Notes: generated from the letters alone by a model not told the origin. DNA of 64,000 bases from an uncultured Candidatus Saccharibacteria bacterium (GCA_963549315.1 CAUUYE010000001.1:54163-118162), one strand, 5' to 3'; positions 40,578 through 50,767 are shown, numbered from the stretch's first letter. Program-made: numbers and translations.

Positions 40578-41027
40578 ATGGTAATAGCTATTATTCTAAT
40601 AACAATCTTTTTAATATTCTACTTACCAAAAAGTCATCTCGGTGCGTCAATCCTAGCCTCCATCGCTGGCATATTAGTTAACAACTTAGTTAATACCAAT
40701 TTCACTGATTTTATTCTTAAAATTATTCCAAATGTTCCAAGAACTTATCTTGAGTTTTTTATACTAATTATCTTCACATTATTTCTCCCGTTCCTATTCT
40801 GTTTTCATCAGGTCCACACTTCGTCCTGTCTCCTTCACACTATCAAATGTCTCTGTTATGCCACTCTGCTTTTGTTGCTGTTGGCACCGCAGTTGCAGCT
40901 GTTTTTGCCATTCGATCAAATAAGTACCAACTTTTTGCATACCCTTACTCCTTTCTATCAACTGATTTTGGTAGTTAACGTTGCTCTTGCTTATCTTGAT
41001 ATATTCTCTCCTCAAAAAGAAATATAA
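40578..41027 (+). CDS. Hypothetical membrane protein
   Basis: 149 aa, several hydrophobic helices; TGTTATAAT 6 nt before the ATG. Confidence 0.65.
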   Translation: MVIAIILITIFLIFYLPKSHLGASILASIAGILVNNLVNTNFTDFILKIIPNVPRTYLEFFILIIFTLFLPFLFCFHQVHTSSCLLHTIKCLCYATLLLLLLAPQLQLFLPFDQISTNFLHTLTPFYQLILVVNVALAYLDIFSPQKEI

Positions 41028-42065
41028 TAGTAAGACTAGAATATATAATGCAAAATACCAGATATTTCCTTTTTTTGCATGAATTGTAAAAATCTGATAT
41101 TCAGAAAGTGTATCTATTAACCATATTTGCATATGTAGTAATTCAGTTCCAGTTCTAGTGTATAAATACAGGAAACTATATATAGAATCTGGCAATATAC
41201 CAATCATTAGAATATTTAACAAAATAATCGGCAAAAGTGGAGTCAATATCACTGTTGCCACAATTGACAAAAACGAAAACTGCCCAAAAGTATACAAAAT
41301 AATAGGAAAGACTATCAAATTCACAGATAATGACATTATTACATAAGACCAAAAGTCAAATAACCCAAAAAATCTAGACAACATATTTGGTTTCTTATCT
41401 CTTACTAAACTACTTTTATTATTACCTTTTCCAAACAAGTAGCCCTCTATCAAAGGATAAAAAATCAGAATACCAGTATACGCTGCTATTGATAATTGCC
41501 AGCCAATATCTTTTATAAAGCTTGGGTCAATAATTAGCGTAATTGTAATTACAAAGACCAATATTCTAGTTGGAACTATCTTTCTACCAAAGTAGCTAGC
41601 AAATAGTTGGCAAAAAACTACAATCGTAGCCCTTAAAAGCGAAGGAGTTAAGCCGACTACACCAACATAGACTAAGATAAAAAGACCATAAAAATACACT
41701 CTAAAAAATCTAGAACAATGCTTAAAAAATTTATCAAGTATACCGATCAAAATTGCTAAATGCATGCCAGAGATTACAATTAGATGAGTTATCCCTACAT
41801 CATGAATCTTTTCTTTTAATATACTTGTTAGGTTATTTTTGTCACCCAGCAAATACGCAGTAGCCAGTCCACTAATTTTATAATCAAGACGTTCCTGTAA
41901 ATTTCGTTTCACATAATCTGAAAAAGAATTTTTATTTAATTCCTGACTAACCTTTGATCGATATCCATTATTAACATCTGGAGAACGACAATATACTCGT
42001 ACACAAGCTAAAACTATTAGTATCGAGATAACTGTCTTTCCAATCTTATACATCTTGAACCTCAT
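40794..42065 (-). CDS. comEC: ComEC/Rec2 competence membrane protein (no beta-lactamase domain)
   Basis: LLGDK, GITHLIVISGMHL, PSLLRA, IGWQLS. The 3' end overlaps the convergent gene. Confidence 0.85.
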   Translation of the reverse strand: MRFKMYKIGKTVISILIVLACVRVYCRSPDVNNGYRSKVSQELNKNSFSDYVKRNLQERLDYKISGLATAYLLGDKNNLTSILKEKIHDVGITHLIVISGMHLAILIGILDKFFKHCSRFFRVYFYGLFILVYVGVVGLTPSLLRATIVVFCQLFASYFGRKIVPTRILVFVITITLIIDPSFIKDIGWQLSIAAYTGILIFYPLIEGYLFGKGNNKSSLVRDKKPNMLSRFFGLFDFWSYVIMSLSVNLIVFPIILYTFGQFSFLSIVATVILTPLLPIILLNILMIGILPDSIYSFLYLYTRTGTELLHMQIWLIDTLSEYQIFTIHAKKGNIWYFALYILVLLLYFFLRREYIKISKSNVNYQNQLIERSKGMQKVGTYLIEWQKQLQLRCQQQQKQSGITETFDSVKETGRSVDLMKTE

Positions 42066-42211
42066 TTAATTTCTATTTTCAAATTAACTTGAGTTGCAAA
42101 GTTTTGCAAGCCATATTTTTGAGATTTACTCCAAAAACAGATAAAAAAATCTTAAACATCAGCAAATTATAAAACTTGCATATTACCTATCACCGATATA
42201 TGCTAGATACA

Positions 42212-43480
42212 ATGAAGATAAAGAAAATTGCCATCCCTGAGACTCCTATAAGGATAACTGAATTTGCCACCACCGGACAGGGAATCGGTATTCTAGAGTC
42301 TAATTTGCAAATCAATTCTCAAAATCATTCACAATTTAAAGGAATCAAAGTTTTCCTTTGGAATACTATCCCAGGTGAAACTATCACAAAATTCGAAATC
42401 ACTAGACAAAAATCCCACTTCATCGAAGGTATTGCCACTGAAATAAAAAACTATTCGAAGTCCCGCATCAATCCTAAAGATACTCAATTTCTTTCTACAT
42501 CACCTTGGCAAATCCTCACCGAACAAGCAGAATTAGCCGCAAAATCAACAATTCTCACTTCACTTTTTTCGCATCTGCCTCAGTCTCATCAAAAAGAATT
42601 AGTTTTATCTCAAAATATTCCTATTCACAAATCGCCAAACAATTATTTTTACCGCAACAAAATGGAATACGCACTTTATTTCGACCATCAGTCAGAGACA
42701 ATTAAACCTGCTGTCCATTTTCGCGGTTCACACCTCAAAGTGCCCATCACTACTTCCTCACTGGAACTTCCAGCAATTTTTAAACAAGCTATTCAAATTA
42801 TTGCAGAACTAAATAACACGCATCAAGATGCCAGAAAATACCAATCATTATTACTAAGAGCTAACCAATCTGGTAAAGTTTCTGGTGGCTTGCTTGAAAA
42901 TGGCAAGCCTCATCCAGTCTTCCAAAATCTCACAGATACTATTCTAGACAACACTTACACATATTCGCCAAGTGGCTTTTTTCAAATCAATTTACCAGTT
43001 TATGAGTTAGTTTTATCCAAAATTAAAGACTTCTTAGTGAACTCTGAGTCAATCCTTGATCTCTATGCCGGTGTAGGTACGATTGGACTCACTGTCGCGA
43101 AAGATAAAAATTTAACACTTGTTGAAGTCAATACTTCAGCGTTTGACGAACTAAACTCAAATTCACAGCACATCATTCAAGAGACTCATAATCCAAATAT
43201 TCATCCCGTTTTAGCCAAATCCGAAGCGGTTCTTGATCTAATCACAGATAAAAGAAGTATTATTCTTGACCCGCCACGTGCAGGTTGTGATGAAAAACTT
43301 ATTCAAAAACTTTGCGAAATCAAACCAGAAAAAATTGTCTATCTCTCCTGTAATCCAATCACGCAAGTCAGAGATCTTACTCCACTTCTCAATTTTTATC
43401 AAATCAATTATCTTGAAGGTTATAATTTCTTTCCGCGCACCCCACATATTGAATCATTAGTCTTTCTTACAAAATTATAA
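42212..43480 (+). CDS. RNA m5U methyltransferase (RlmD/TrmA family)
   Basis: TRAM-like N-terminus, YRNKMEY, FFQIN, DLYAGVGTIG, DPPRAG, YLSCNP, FPRTPHIE. Confidence 0.9.
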   Translation: MKIKKIAIPETPIRITEFATTGQGIGILESNLQINSQNHSQFKGIKVFLWNTIPGETITKFEITRQKSHFIEGIATEIKNYSKSRINPKDTQFLSTSPWQILTEQAELAAKSTILTSLFSHLPQSHQKELVLSQNIPIHKSPNNYFYRNKMEYALYFDHQSETIKPAVHFRGSHLKVPITTSSLELPAIFKQAIQIIAELNNTHQDARKYQSLLLRANQSGKVSGGLLENGKPHPVFQNLTDTILDNTYTYSPSGFFQINLPVYELVLSKIKDFLVNSESILDLYAGVGTIGLTVAKDKNLTLVEVNTSAFDELNSNSQHIIQETHNPNIHPVLAKSEAVLDLITDKRSIILDPPRAGCDEKLIQKLCEIKPEKIVYLSCNPITQVRDLTPLLNFYQINYLEGYNFFPRTPHIESLVFLTKL

Positions 43481-43489
43481 GGAGCATAT

Positions 43490-46400
43490 ATGCCATTAAA
43501 CACTAAACAAAAAGCTGCTGTTGAATATCTTGATGGACCACTTTTAGTTCTTGCCGGTCCAGGAACAGGTAAGACCCAACTTCTATCCAAAAAAGTAGAA
43601 TACATTCTTGAAAAAACTGACACCGACCCCAGCATGATTCTCTGTATTACCTTCACGGACGCCGGCGCCAAAAATATGAAGGAACGCTTACGTTCAATGA
43701 TTGGCCAAACTGCTGACAAAATTGATATTATGACTTTTCATAGTTTTGGCCAGAAGATTTTAAGCCTATATAATCATTACTCAGATAAACCCCAACGAGT
43801 TTTTTCAAATCCAATCGAAGAAGTTATGCAAACCAAAATTATTAGTGAACTCCAAGAAAAACTTCCAAATTACTACATTATCAGAGCCGTACGCGATCCA
43901 AAAAATCTATTAAAAGTCATCGGAAAAATTAAAGTTGCCAAAATTTCCCCAAAAGAAATGAGACAAATTGCAGCACAAAATGAATCAGATATAAAAACTC
44001 TTGAAAGAAAACTATCGCCAATTTTACAAAATCTACCCACTCGCGCCGCCGGTAAAAATATTTTCAACACCCTCACAGAAACAGTTTATATTCCAATGTT
44101 GCAAACACTTGGTGAATTAAAAACAGATCAACCAATTGTTGGAAATATTTATTCAATCGCCACTATTCTTTATGAAAAAATTTATGCACTGCTCGAATCG
44201 CAACAAAATGCCGAAAAACCATCCGTTAGTCCCTTAAACGCCTTTATAAAAAAATATTTCTCCAAGGATCAATCTGGTAATTATAAATTTTCCGACACTG
44301 CCAGCAATAAACGTCTTGCCGAAATAGCCGAATTATATGAATCTTATCAAAATTATCTGTCCGAACATGACCTCTATGATTTTAATGACATGATTGAAGC
44401 GCCAATCAATTATCTTGAACAAGATATTGATTTTCGTCGTAAAATCGCCCAGAACTACCTCTATATCATGGTAGACGAATATCAAGATACTAACCCTTCT
44501 CAAACCAGACTTTTAGAGCTTATTGCTGATGAGCAAGAATCGCCTGCTATAATGGCTGTCGGCGACGATGATCAGTCAATTTATGAATTCCAAGGTGCCC
44601 GCGCCTCCAGTCTTATCCATTTTAAAAATCATTTTAACGCCAAAGTAATCGTCCTCACCGACAACTATCGTTCTACTACCGAAATCCTCCAATTTTCTCG
44701 TAAAATCGCTGATCAACTTGATGAAAGTTTTATTAAAAACGAAACCATGCAGCGCAGCCTACATACTGAAGAAACTGTTACTTCCGAGCTTAAAAAAGAA
44801 TTAATTTCTATCAGGAATCAAGATATTCTAAAATTTTCCCCTGAAGACACTATTTTTGAACAAAATATTTACTCAGAAAAAAATAATGCTTCTTCCGCTA
44901 CCTATCCCACTACTTCCTCCGAAACTTTAAACAATAATTCAACTCAAAAAAGCTTTATTGAAAGACATCAATTTTTAAACCAAGACGCCGAATATTATTG
45001 GGTTGCCGAGCGCGTTCATCAACTTATCCAATCTGGAGCAAAGCCCTCTAATATCGGCATTCTTTTTCCTAAACATGCTCTCGCCACACCCCTAATTCCA
45101 TACCTTCGAAAATATCCTGAAATAAATATCGCCTATGAACGTACTGAAAATATTCTTGAAAATCAACAAATTCATGAACTAACCACTCTCTGTCAGTTCA
45201 TCTTCAAGCTCGCCGAAGGGGAAGAGCCAGCTTTTATGTTGCCAGAAATTCTCTCCTTTGACTTTTGGAATATCCCGAGCGATGACATGATTTTATCCAT
45301 CCAGTCAATTAGTCGCAACAGGCGCACAGCTCTCGAAATTCTTCGCGCTTATCATGACCACCCGCTTTATAAAAAATTAGCCGCTTTCTTTGCAGAGCTT
45401 GCCCAAAAATCCTACAATCTCCCGCTCGAATATTTTCTTGACATTCTTATTGGTGTCACTCCAATTGAATTAAAAATCAATGACCAAATTATATCCTTCA
45501 CTTCACCATTTATTAGTTTCTATACTCAAGATTTATATTCAAAAGCTACTTTCGACCTCTATAACCGCCTTAATCTCTTACGAAATACTGTGATTTCTCA
45601 CACGGAGAAAAATAAGCTACGTCTTCGTGATTTAATTCAATTACTCGACGATTTCACCAAGACCAAAACTCCTATTACTGAACAAACTTTTTATAAAGAT
45701 TCCGACGATTCCGTAAATTTAATGACCGCTCACAAATCAAAAGGGCTTGAATTTAAACATGTGTTTCTCATCAGTGCCAACGCATCCGGCTGGGATAGTT
45801 CTAATCATTCATCTGGTATCCCCATGCCACTTAATCTCGATTTTATCGGCGACTCACTGAATACTTCTGATGGTAAAAAACGCCTACTTTTCGTTGCTAT
45901 TACCAGGGCTGCCAAAACTCTCACCATTACCAGTTCCAAATTCGCCGATGATACTGGCAAAGAGAACAAACCTCTCGCCTTTCTTGATGAAAAAATTATT
46001 CAGGACGAAACTAGCAATTTTCTCTATTCGCCATTTATTCCAAACAGTCGCGTAATCGAACACAACGCCGAATTATCAGACGCCGAAAAAGCTTCAGCCA
46101 TTCGCCGCACTTGGTTAATTAAATTACTCGACCCTTCCGAAAAACTCAAACCACTTCTTCTTGAACGTGTTCGCGATTTTCGCCTTTCCGCCTCTCATAT
46201 CTCCACCTTCATTCAGCTCACCTATAGCGGTCCACTCGCCTTTTATCAACAAAACATTCTTCACGTCCCACAAGACACCTCAAATTCAATTAGTTTGGTT
46301 TATGGAAACCTCATTCACCGTGTCTTTGAAGAAATTACTAATAGTCAAATTTCCAAAGATGAAGCCATTTCTTTCTATCTAGATGAGACAAAAAACCAAG

Positions 46401-47023
46401 ATTTACTTGAAGAGGATATTCAGACTCTATTGGAACGTGGTCAGAACGAATTGCCGCTTGCCATTGACGCGTTTGAACACATTCTTCGCGCACCGGGCGC
46501 CAAAGCCGAAGTTGATTTTAGCAAGGAAAAACTGATGTTCGAAGGAGTCCCCATCACCGGCAAAATTGATCACCTCAACATTGATGAAAAAAATAAAATC
46601 ATTGACCTCTATGACTTCAAAACTAGCACCATCGCAAATAAAGACACCTGGCAAAGCAAAGAATCGCTCTTCGTCTATCATTTTCAACTACTTTTCTATC
46701 GTCTTCTTTTAAAGCTCTCCAAAACTTATCAAAATTACACCGTTCGCTCCATGAATCTATTATTTACAGCACCAAATCGTAGCGAAGTACTCGAAAGTCC
46801 AACAGGAAAAATACACAGCATTGAACTCACCGAAGAAGCAATTACCAAAGATCCTGTACTTTTTGAAGATCTCGTCCATGCCGTTTATTACCAAATCACC
46901 TCCCTTGACTTCTTAAATTCCAACTCACCAATCAATACCATCGGACTTGAAAACCCCAATTTAACCGACATTAAACATTTCTGTAAAAAACTTGTTGAAG
47001 TCTACAAGAAAAAGAATAGCTGA
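43490..47023 (+). CDS. UvrD/PcrA-family helicase fused to a C-terminal RecB-like PD-(D/E)XK nuclease
   Basis: AGPGTGKT, DEYQD, VGDDDQSIY, TAHKSKGLEF, VAITRA; C-terminal GKID...DFKT...QL.FY. Confidence 0.9.
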   Translation: MPLNTKQKAAVEYLDGPLLVLAGPGTGKTQLLSKKVEYILEKTDTDPSMILCITFTDAGAKNMKERLRSMIGQTADKIDIMTFHSFGQKILSLYNHYSDKPQRVFSNPIEEVMQTKIISELQEKLPNYYIIRAVRDPKNLLKVIGKIKVAKISPKEMRQIAAQNESDIKTLERKLSPILQNLPTRAAGKNIFNTLTETVYIPMLQTLGELKTDQPIVGNIYSIATILYEKIYALLESQQNAEKPSVSPLNAFIKKYFSKDQSGNYKFSDTASNKRLAEIAELYESYQNYLSEHDLYDFNDMIEAPINYLEQDIDFRRKIAQNYLYIMVDEYQDTNPSQTRLLELIADEQESPAIMAVGDDDQSIYEFQGARASSLIHFKNHFNAKVIVLTDNYRSTTEILQFSRKIADQLDESFIKNETMQRSLHTEETVTSELKKELISIRNQDILKFSPEDTIFEQNIYSEKNNASSATYPTTSSETLNNNSTQKSFIERHQFLNQDAEYYWVAERVHQLIQSGAKPSNIGILFPKHALATPLIPYLRKYPEINIAYERTENILENQQIHELTTLCQFIFKLAEGEEPAFMLPEILSFDFWNIPSDDMILSIQSISRNRRTALEILRAYHDHPLYKKLAAFFAELAQKSYNLPLEYFLDILIGVTPIELKINDQIISFTSPFISFYTQDLYSKATFDLYNRLNLLRNTVISHTEKNKLRLRDLIQLLDDFTKTKTPITEQTFYKDSDDSVNLMTAHKSKGLEFKHVFLISANASGWDSSNHSSGIPMPLNLDFIGDSLNTSDGKKRLLFVAITRAAKTLTITSSKFADDTGKENKPLAFLDEKIIQDETSNFLYSPFIPNSRVIEHNAELSDAEKASAIRRTWLIKLLDPSEKLKPLLLERVRDFRLSASHISTFIQLTYSGPLAFYQQNILHVPQDTSNSISLVYGNLIHRVFEEITNSQISKDEAISFYLDETKNQDLLEEDIQTLLERGQNELPLAIDAFEHILRAPGAKAEVDFSKEKLMFEGVPITGKIDHLNIDEKNKIIDLYDFKTSTIANKDTWQSKESLFVYHFQLLFYRLLLKLSKTYQNYTVRSMNLLFTAPNRSEVLESPTGKIHSIELTEEAITKDPVLFEDLVHAVYYQITSLDFLNSNSPINTIGLENPNLTDIKHFCKKLVEVYKKKNS

Positions 47024-47073
47024 ACTATTATGCATGTTTGCTTTTTACATAAGATATGATAACATATATAATC

Positions 47074-48108
47074 ATGGATAGGAAGAGATGCGATTTTAGG
47101 ATGAAAACCATAAATAGCGACTTCCTCGTCACTGAGGTGCCGCTGCTTCCAAATTTTGATCCTCTTGCAAAGAAATACACATACATTTGGTTAAAGAAAT
47201 CAAATTACACAACATTTGAGGCGATAGAGAAGATTAAAGATTATTTTGATCTCGATTTCTCTGATGTTGTGGCTGAAGGCTTGAAGGACGAAGATGGTAT
47301 TACCGAACAAATTATTTCTATAAAAAAGAGATTATCAAAAAAAGCGGTGGCAAATTTTAATACAACATATGCTGGCAATGATACCTTTATCATTATTGAT
47401 CGCATAATGGGTTTTGGTTCTGAGCCAGTAGCGACAAAATCGTTATTCGGGAATACTTTCCGTATAGTTGTGAGAAATTTAACTGACGATGAATCAAACC
47501 GTATCGTCAATTTCACTAAGAAACATAAATTTTTCCAGTTTGTGAACTATTATGATAACCAACGTTTTGGTTTACCCGGCGGTCCATATATTACTCATTT
47601 TGTTGGTAAGGCGATATGCGAAGGTGATTGGGATGTGGCATTCGAGGTTCTGAAGAAAACTGGCAATAAAATCCCAGAAGGAAAAACAGGCAAAGCCGCT
47701 TTTGAGGCGTTAAATCCAGGGCAAGTTGGGTTCTTCGTGTCTGCATATAATAGCTATCTTTGGAATATTGCCGTGTCGAAATATATTAAAGAAAGTTTCA
47801 AAAGTAAGGAATATATTTTTCCTGATCTAGGCGAGCTACATTTACCAATAATTACTGAATCTACGCCAAGTAGTCCATTTATGATTAGTGGTTATCGTTT
47901 CAATAAGGAAACGTTTGTCGCTGAAGAGGCGAAAATTTTCCGCGATATGATTTTGCCGACGGTAGTATTTGCTAGGGATATTAAGAATGATGAGATATAT
48001 GCAGGCAAAAAACGTATTCTTCTCACGTATTTTATTTTCACCGGATGTTATGCAACGATGGTTGCGAAGCAAATTATAAAAACTGCATTGGAGGAAGAAA
48101 ATGACTAA
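47074..48108 (+). CDS. TruD-like pseudouridine synthase
   Basis: K...DF.V.E, K.NYTTFEA, GLKDEDGITEQ (catalytic Asp), GNTFRIVVR, NYYDNQRFG, SAYNSYLWN, GCYAT. Start could be 47056, 47074 or 47101. Confidence 0.85.
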   Translation: MDRKRCDFRMKTINSDFLVTEVPLLPNFDPLAKKYTYIWLKKSNYTTFEAIEKIKDYFDLDFSDVVAEGLKDEDGITEQIISIKKRLSKKAVANFNTTYAGNDTFIIIDRIMGFGSEPVATKSLFGNTFRIVVRNLTDDESNRIVNFTKKHKFFQFVNYYDNQRFGLPGGPYITHFVGKAICEGDWDVAFEVLKKTGNKIPEGKTGKAAFEALNPGQVGFFVSAYNSYLWNIAVSKYIKESFKSKEYIFPDLGELHLPIITESTPSSPFMISGYRFNKETFVAEEAKIFRDMILPTVVFARDIKNDEIYAGKKRILLTYFIFTGCYATMVAKQIIKTALEEEND

Positions 48109-48733
48109 AAATATTGAAGTTGAATATAGCGGACCATTGACAAATAAACAAACGAAAAAGTTGATGGCGTTTTTTGATGAATATGGCGAGAAGGTCACAA
48201 CTAAACATCGAGTTTTGATTGACTATTCTACTTTTCTTGGTGATGGCTTGAAACACCGTAAGAAAGATATTCGTCTGCGCATTACAAATGGTAATCCGGA
48301 AATTATCGTGAAGCTTGGTGATTGGACGAGCTCAAATCACCGTAAGGAACTTTCAGTTTTGACTGAGGCTGGTAGTTTTGACACTTTGGTGCAGATTTAT
48401 GCTGCACTTGGTTATAAAAAAGGCATGCTTTGCGAGCGAACGACCAGGGTTTATAACTACGATGGTATTGAATTTGCCATTGTTGAGGTTCCTGGTAATA
48501 GCTTCCATTTCGAGGCAGAAATAATGGCGGACGAGGATGGTATTGAAGCCGCCAAAAAACATATTCAAAAGGTTTGCGAAGAGTTAGATTTGGAAATATT
48601 TACAGATGAAGATTATATTGCATACATTGAGAAATTGAATAAAGAAGTAAACGAAATATTTGATTTTAATAATTATACTGAAAATTACTTCGAAGACAGA
48701 TATCATTTTAGTAAAGAAAAAGCGACGCACTAG
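48101..48733 (+). CDS. CYTH (triphosphate tunnel metalloenzyme) domain protein
   Basis: IEVE at N-terminus, DIRLR, IVK, RKE, FEAE; overlaps the end of the truD-like gene. Confidence 0.75.
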   Translation: MTKNIEVEYSGPLTNKQTKKLMAFFDEYGEKVTTKHRVLIDYSTFLGDGLKHRKKDIRLRITNGNPEIIVKLGDWTSSNHRKELSVLTEAGSFDTLVQIYAALGYKKGMLCERTTRVYNYDGIEFAIVEVPGNSFHFEAEIMADEDGIEAAKKHIQKVCEELDLEIFTDEDYIAYIEKLNKEVNEIFDFNNYTENYFEDRYHFSKEKATH

Positions 48734-48742
48734 ACGTCGCTT
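48720..48742. terminator. Stem-loop between convergent island operons
   Basis: AAGCGACG...CGTCGCTT. Confidence 0.55.
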
Positions 48743-48750
48743 CTGAAGAA

Positions 48751-49023
48751 CTATTTACTTTTTCCGTGATGCCCACGAACAATCACTTTCCCGCCAATGA
48801 TCTTGTGTGCTGGTCTATTGTGAACAATTGCTTCGCGAGCAAACTGTTGACCGCAGTTCGGGCAACACAAGTCACCATTCGTGTAATCCTCTAAAATGTT
48901 GCTAACGTAGCACTTTATAAGTTCTCCACCGCCTTCTTTTTTGTACTTATAAAGACTAGTTTGACATTTAGAACAGAGGATAGCAATTGTGTACCAATCT
49001 TTTTTTCCTACCTTTGGTTTCAT
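48751..49023 (-). CDS. Small Zn-ribbon protein
   Basis: CSKC...LYKYKK.G.G.LIKC...CPNC...FAR; RBS GAAGGAG. Confidence 0.75.
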   Translation of the reverse strand: MKPKVGKKDWYTIAILCSKCQTSLYKYKKEGGGELIKCYVSNILEDYTNGDLCCPNCGQQFAREAIVHNRPAHKIIGGKVIVRGHHGKSK

Positions 49024-49025
49024 GA

Positions 49026-50153
49026 TTACTTACTCCTTCTGTAATGCGTGGTGAGCGCTTCGGTTGGGCAAACTCCGACGCAAGCGTTGCACCCAACGCA
49101 TTTATCGTAATTAATAATATTGGGCGGTCGCTCGATAGCACCAAACGCACATGCCTTATGACATAATCCACATCGGACGCAATATTTACTGAGTATAACG
49201 GGCTTCGGTGCTATGAAACAGTTATCCTCTGCTTTCCCAATTGCTATGCCAATCAGATCCCGTACAGTATCTATTTTATGTGTGGTCAAATAATTGATCA
49301 GATCATTTATGATGTACCGAAATATTTCTGGCCCTAAAATAGCGGGTGCAGTATAGAGTTGTACTGCACTAGCGCCTGCCATCATCATTTATATTACGTC
49401 GTCTGCCGTCGATATGCCACCGATGCCCACGATAGGAATCTTTACGGTTTGTGCTAATTGATAAACACAATTTAACGCAATGGGGAAGATTGCCTTTCCA
49501 GTAACTCCACCTGCACCACCTTTGATACCAAGTTTAGGTAGGCCAGTTTCGGTATCGATAAATAAACCAGGTCCAATACTATTTGAACAAACGATCGCAT
49601 CGGCACCGAGTTTTTCAGCGATTTTTGCCATATCAAGCAGATAAGACGAATACGACAGTTTAACCCAGATGGGTTTTTCGGTTAATGGTCTGATTTTGGT
49701 GAGAAGCTCTTTAAGGTGTTCGATGTCGATATTAAGATTTCCATGTACGGCTCCAGAATGAGAACAGGAAACATTAATCTCGAAAGCATCAATATCGATT
49801 TCGTCGAATTTCCTAATTAGACTAGAGCAATCTTCGATGATCCGTCCCGAAATAGAGAGAATCAGAGAGCCTCCTGAGTTTTTAACGTCGGCGACTCCGT
49901 GTTCATACCACTCAGTCCAAGGCATCGAGTTGCCCCATTCGCAGTTAAGCATGCTTTTACCATCATCAAATACTACGTACCTTGGTGCTGGAACATTCTT
50001 ACGTTCTGGCGGCGGGTTTTCTTTCAGGGATCTTGTAACCATACCACTACACCCGGAAGTCTTAAGAAAGAACTCTGGGGTTTCTGTGATATATCCCGAT
50101 GCTAATAACAACGGAGTGTTAAGAGCTACTTTCCCTATATTTGTTTGAAGCAT
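49026..50153 (-). pseudogene. PreA/dihydroorotate-dehydrogenase-like flavoprotein with 2x[4Fe-4S], interrupted by an in-frame TAA
   Basis: LLASG, EINVSCSH, WVKL, GGVTG, GIGGIS.ADDVI-TAA-MMMAGASAVQ continues in frame into CVRCGLC..AC and CVGCNACVGVCP. TAA at 49389-49391. Confidence 0.8.
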
Positions 50154-50724
50154 AGAGATCTCCCCCTTTCATGTACCTTGCAAACAACCCTTGTGCTATC
50201 GTTGTGATTTGATCCTCGTTGTCTCTTTTTATAGTAATAAGACTGTCGTAAAACCGTATCTTGTCACGAATAGCACTCACTTCGTCTTTTGCTGACCGAA
50301 TTCTGTATTCTATTTCTTCTATGGATTCAGTTTTCCGTCGGTTAACTAGCCTTTCTCTTAACAAATCGTAGTCATCAGTGACTAACCCAATCGAAATAAT
50401 ATGCGGATTAATGTCTTTTGCTTCCGCAATTACGAACGGGTGAATTTCTGTCAAGAAAATACCTACATGAGGAAGAAGGTCTTGTTTTCTGACTGCGTAC
50501 CGATATCCAAACATACATTGAACTAATACCATCTCGCCTTTTTCTGTCATTTTCTCGAATTCTTCTTCGGAAATATGTTTGCGATTTGAGTTTATTAGTT
50601 CATTTGAACGTAGATTTCTGGTTGTATACCATACCAGCTCTTTAATATAAGGATTTTTTTCTTTTAAAGATTCTTTAATATAACCCTTACCGATGCCAGA
50701 TGGACCACTTAATACAATAATCAT
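50119..50724 (-). CDS. Guanylate-kinase-like NMP kinase (divergent)
   Basis: LSGPSGIGK, TTR..R..E, L.ERL..R..ES.EEI..R; RBS AAGGAG. Confidence 0.8.
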   Translation of the reverse strand: MIIVLSGPSGIGKGYIKESLKEKNPYIKELVWYTTRNLRSNELINSNRKHISEEEFEKMTEKGEMVLVQCMFGYRYAVRKQDLLPHVGIFLTEIHPFVIAEAKDINPHIISIGLVTDDYDLLRERLVNRRKTESIEEIEYRIRSAKDEVSAIRDKIRFYDSLITIKRDNEDQITTIAQGLFARYMKGGDLYASNKYRESSS

Positions 50725-50767
50725 TGCTAAGTTCTCCTTTTAAAATAACTAGTTTTCTAAACTCTAC

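Noticed and set aside
41036..41055. CTAGAATATATAATGCAAAA resembles a Firmicutes dif site
   Set aside because: Spacing is short, the arms are imperfect, and it lies inside comEC coding sequence.
49389..49391. Alternative genetic code as the cause of the in-frame stop
   Set aside because: TAA, TAG and TGA all end normal genes in the window, both RF1 and RF2 are present, and other genes are uninterrupted in code 11.
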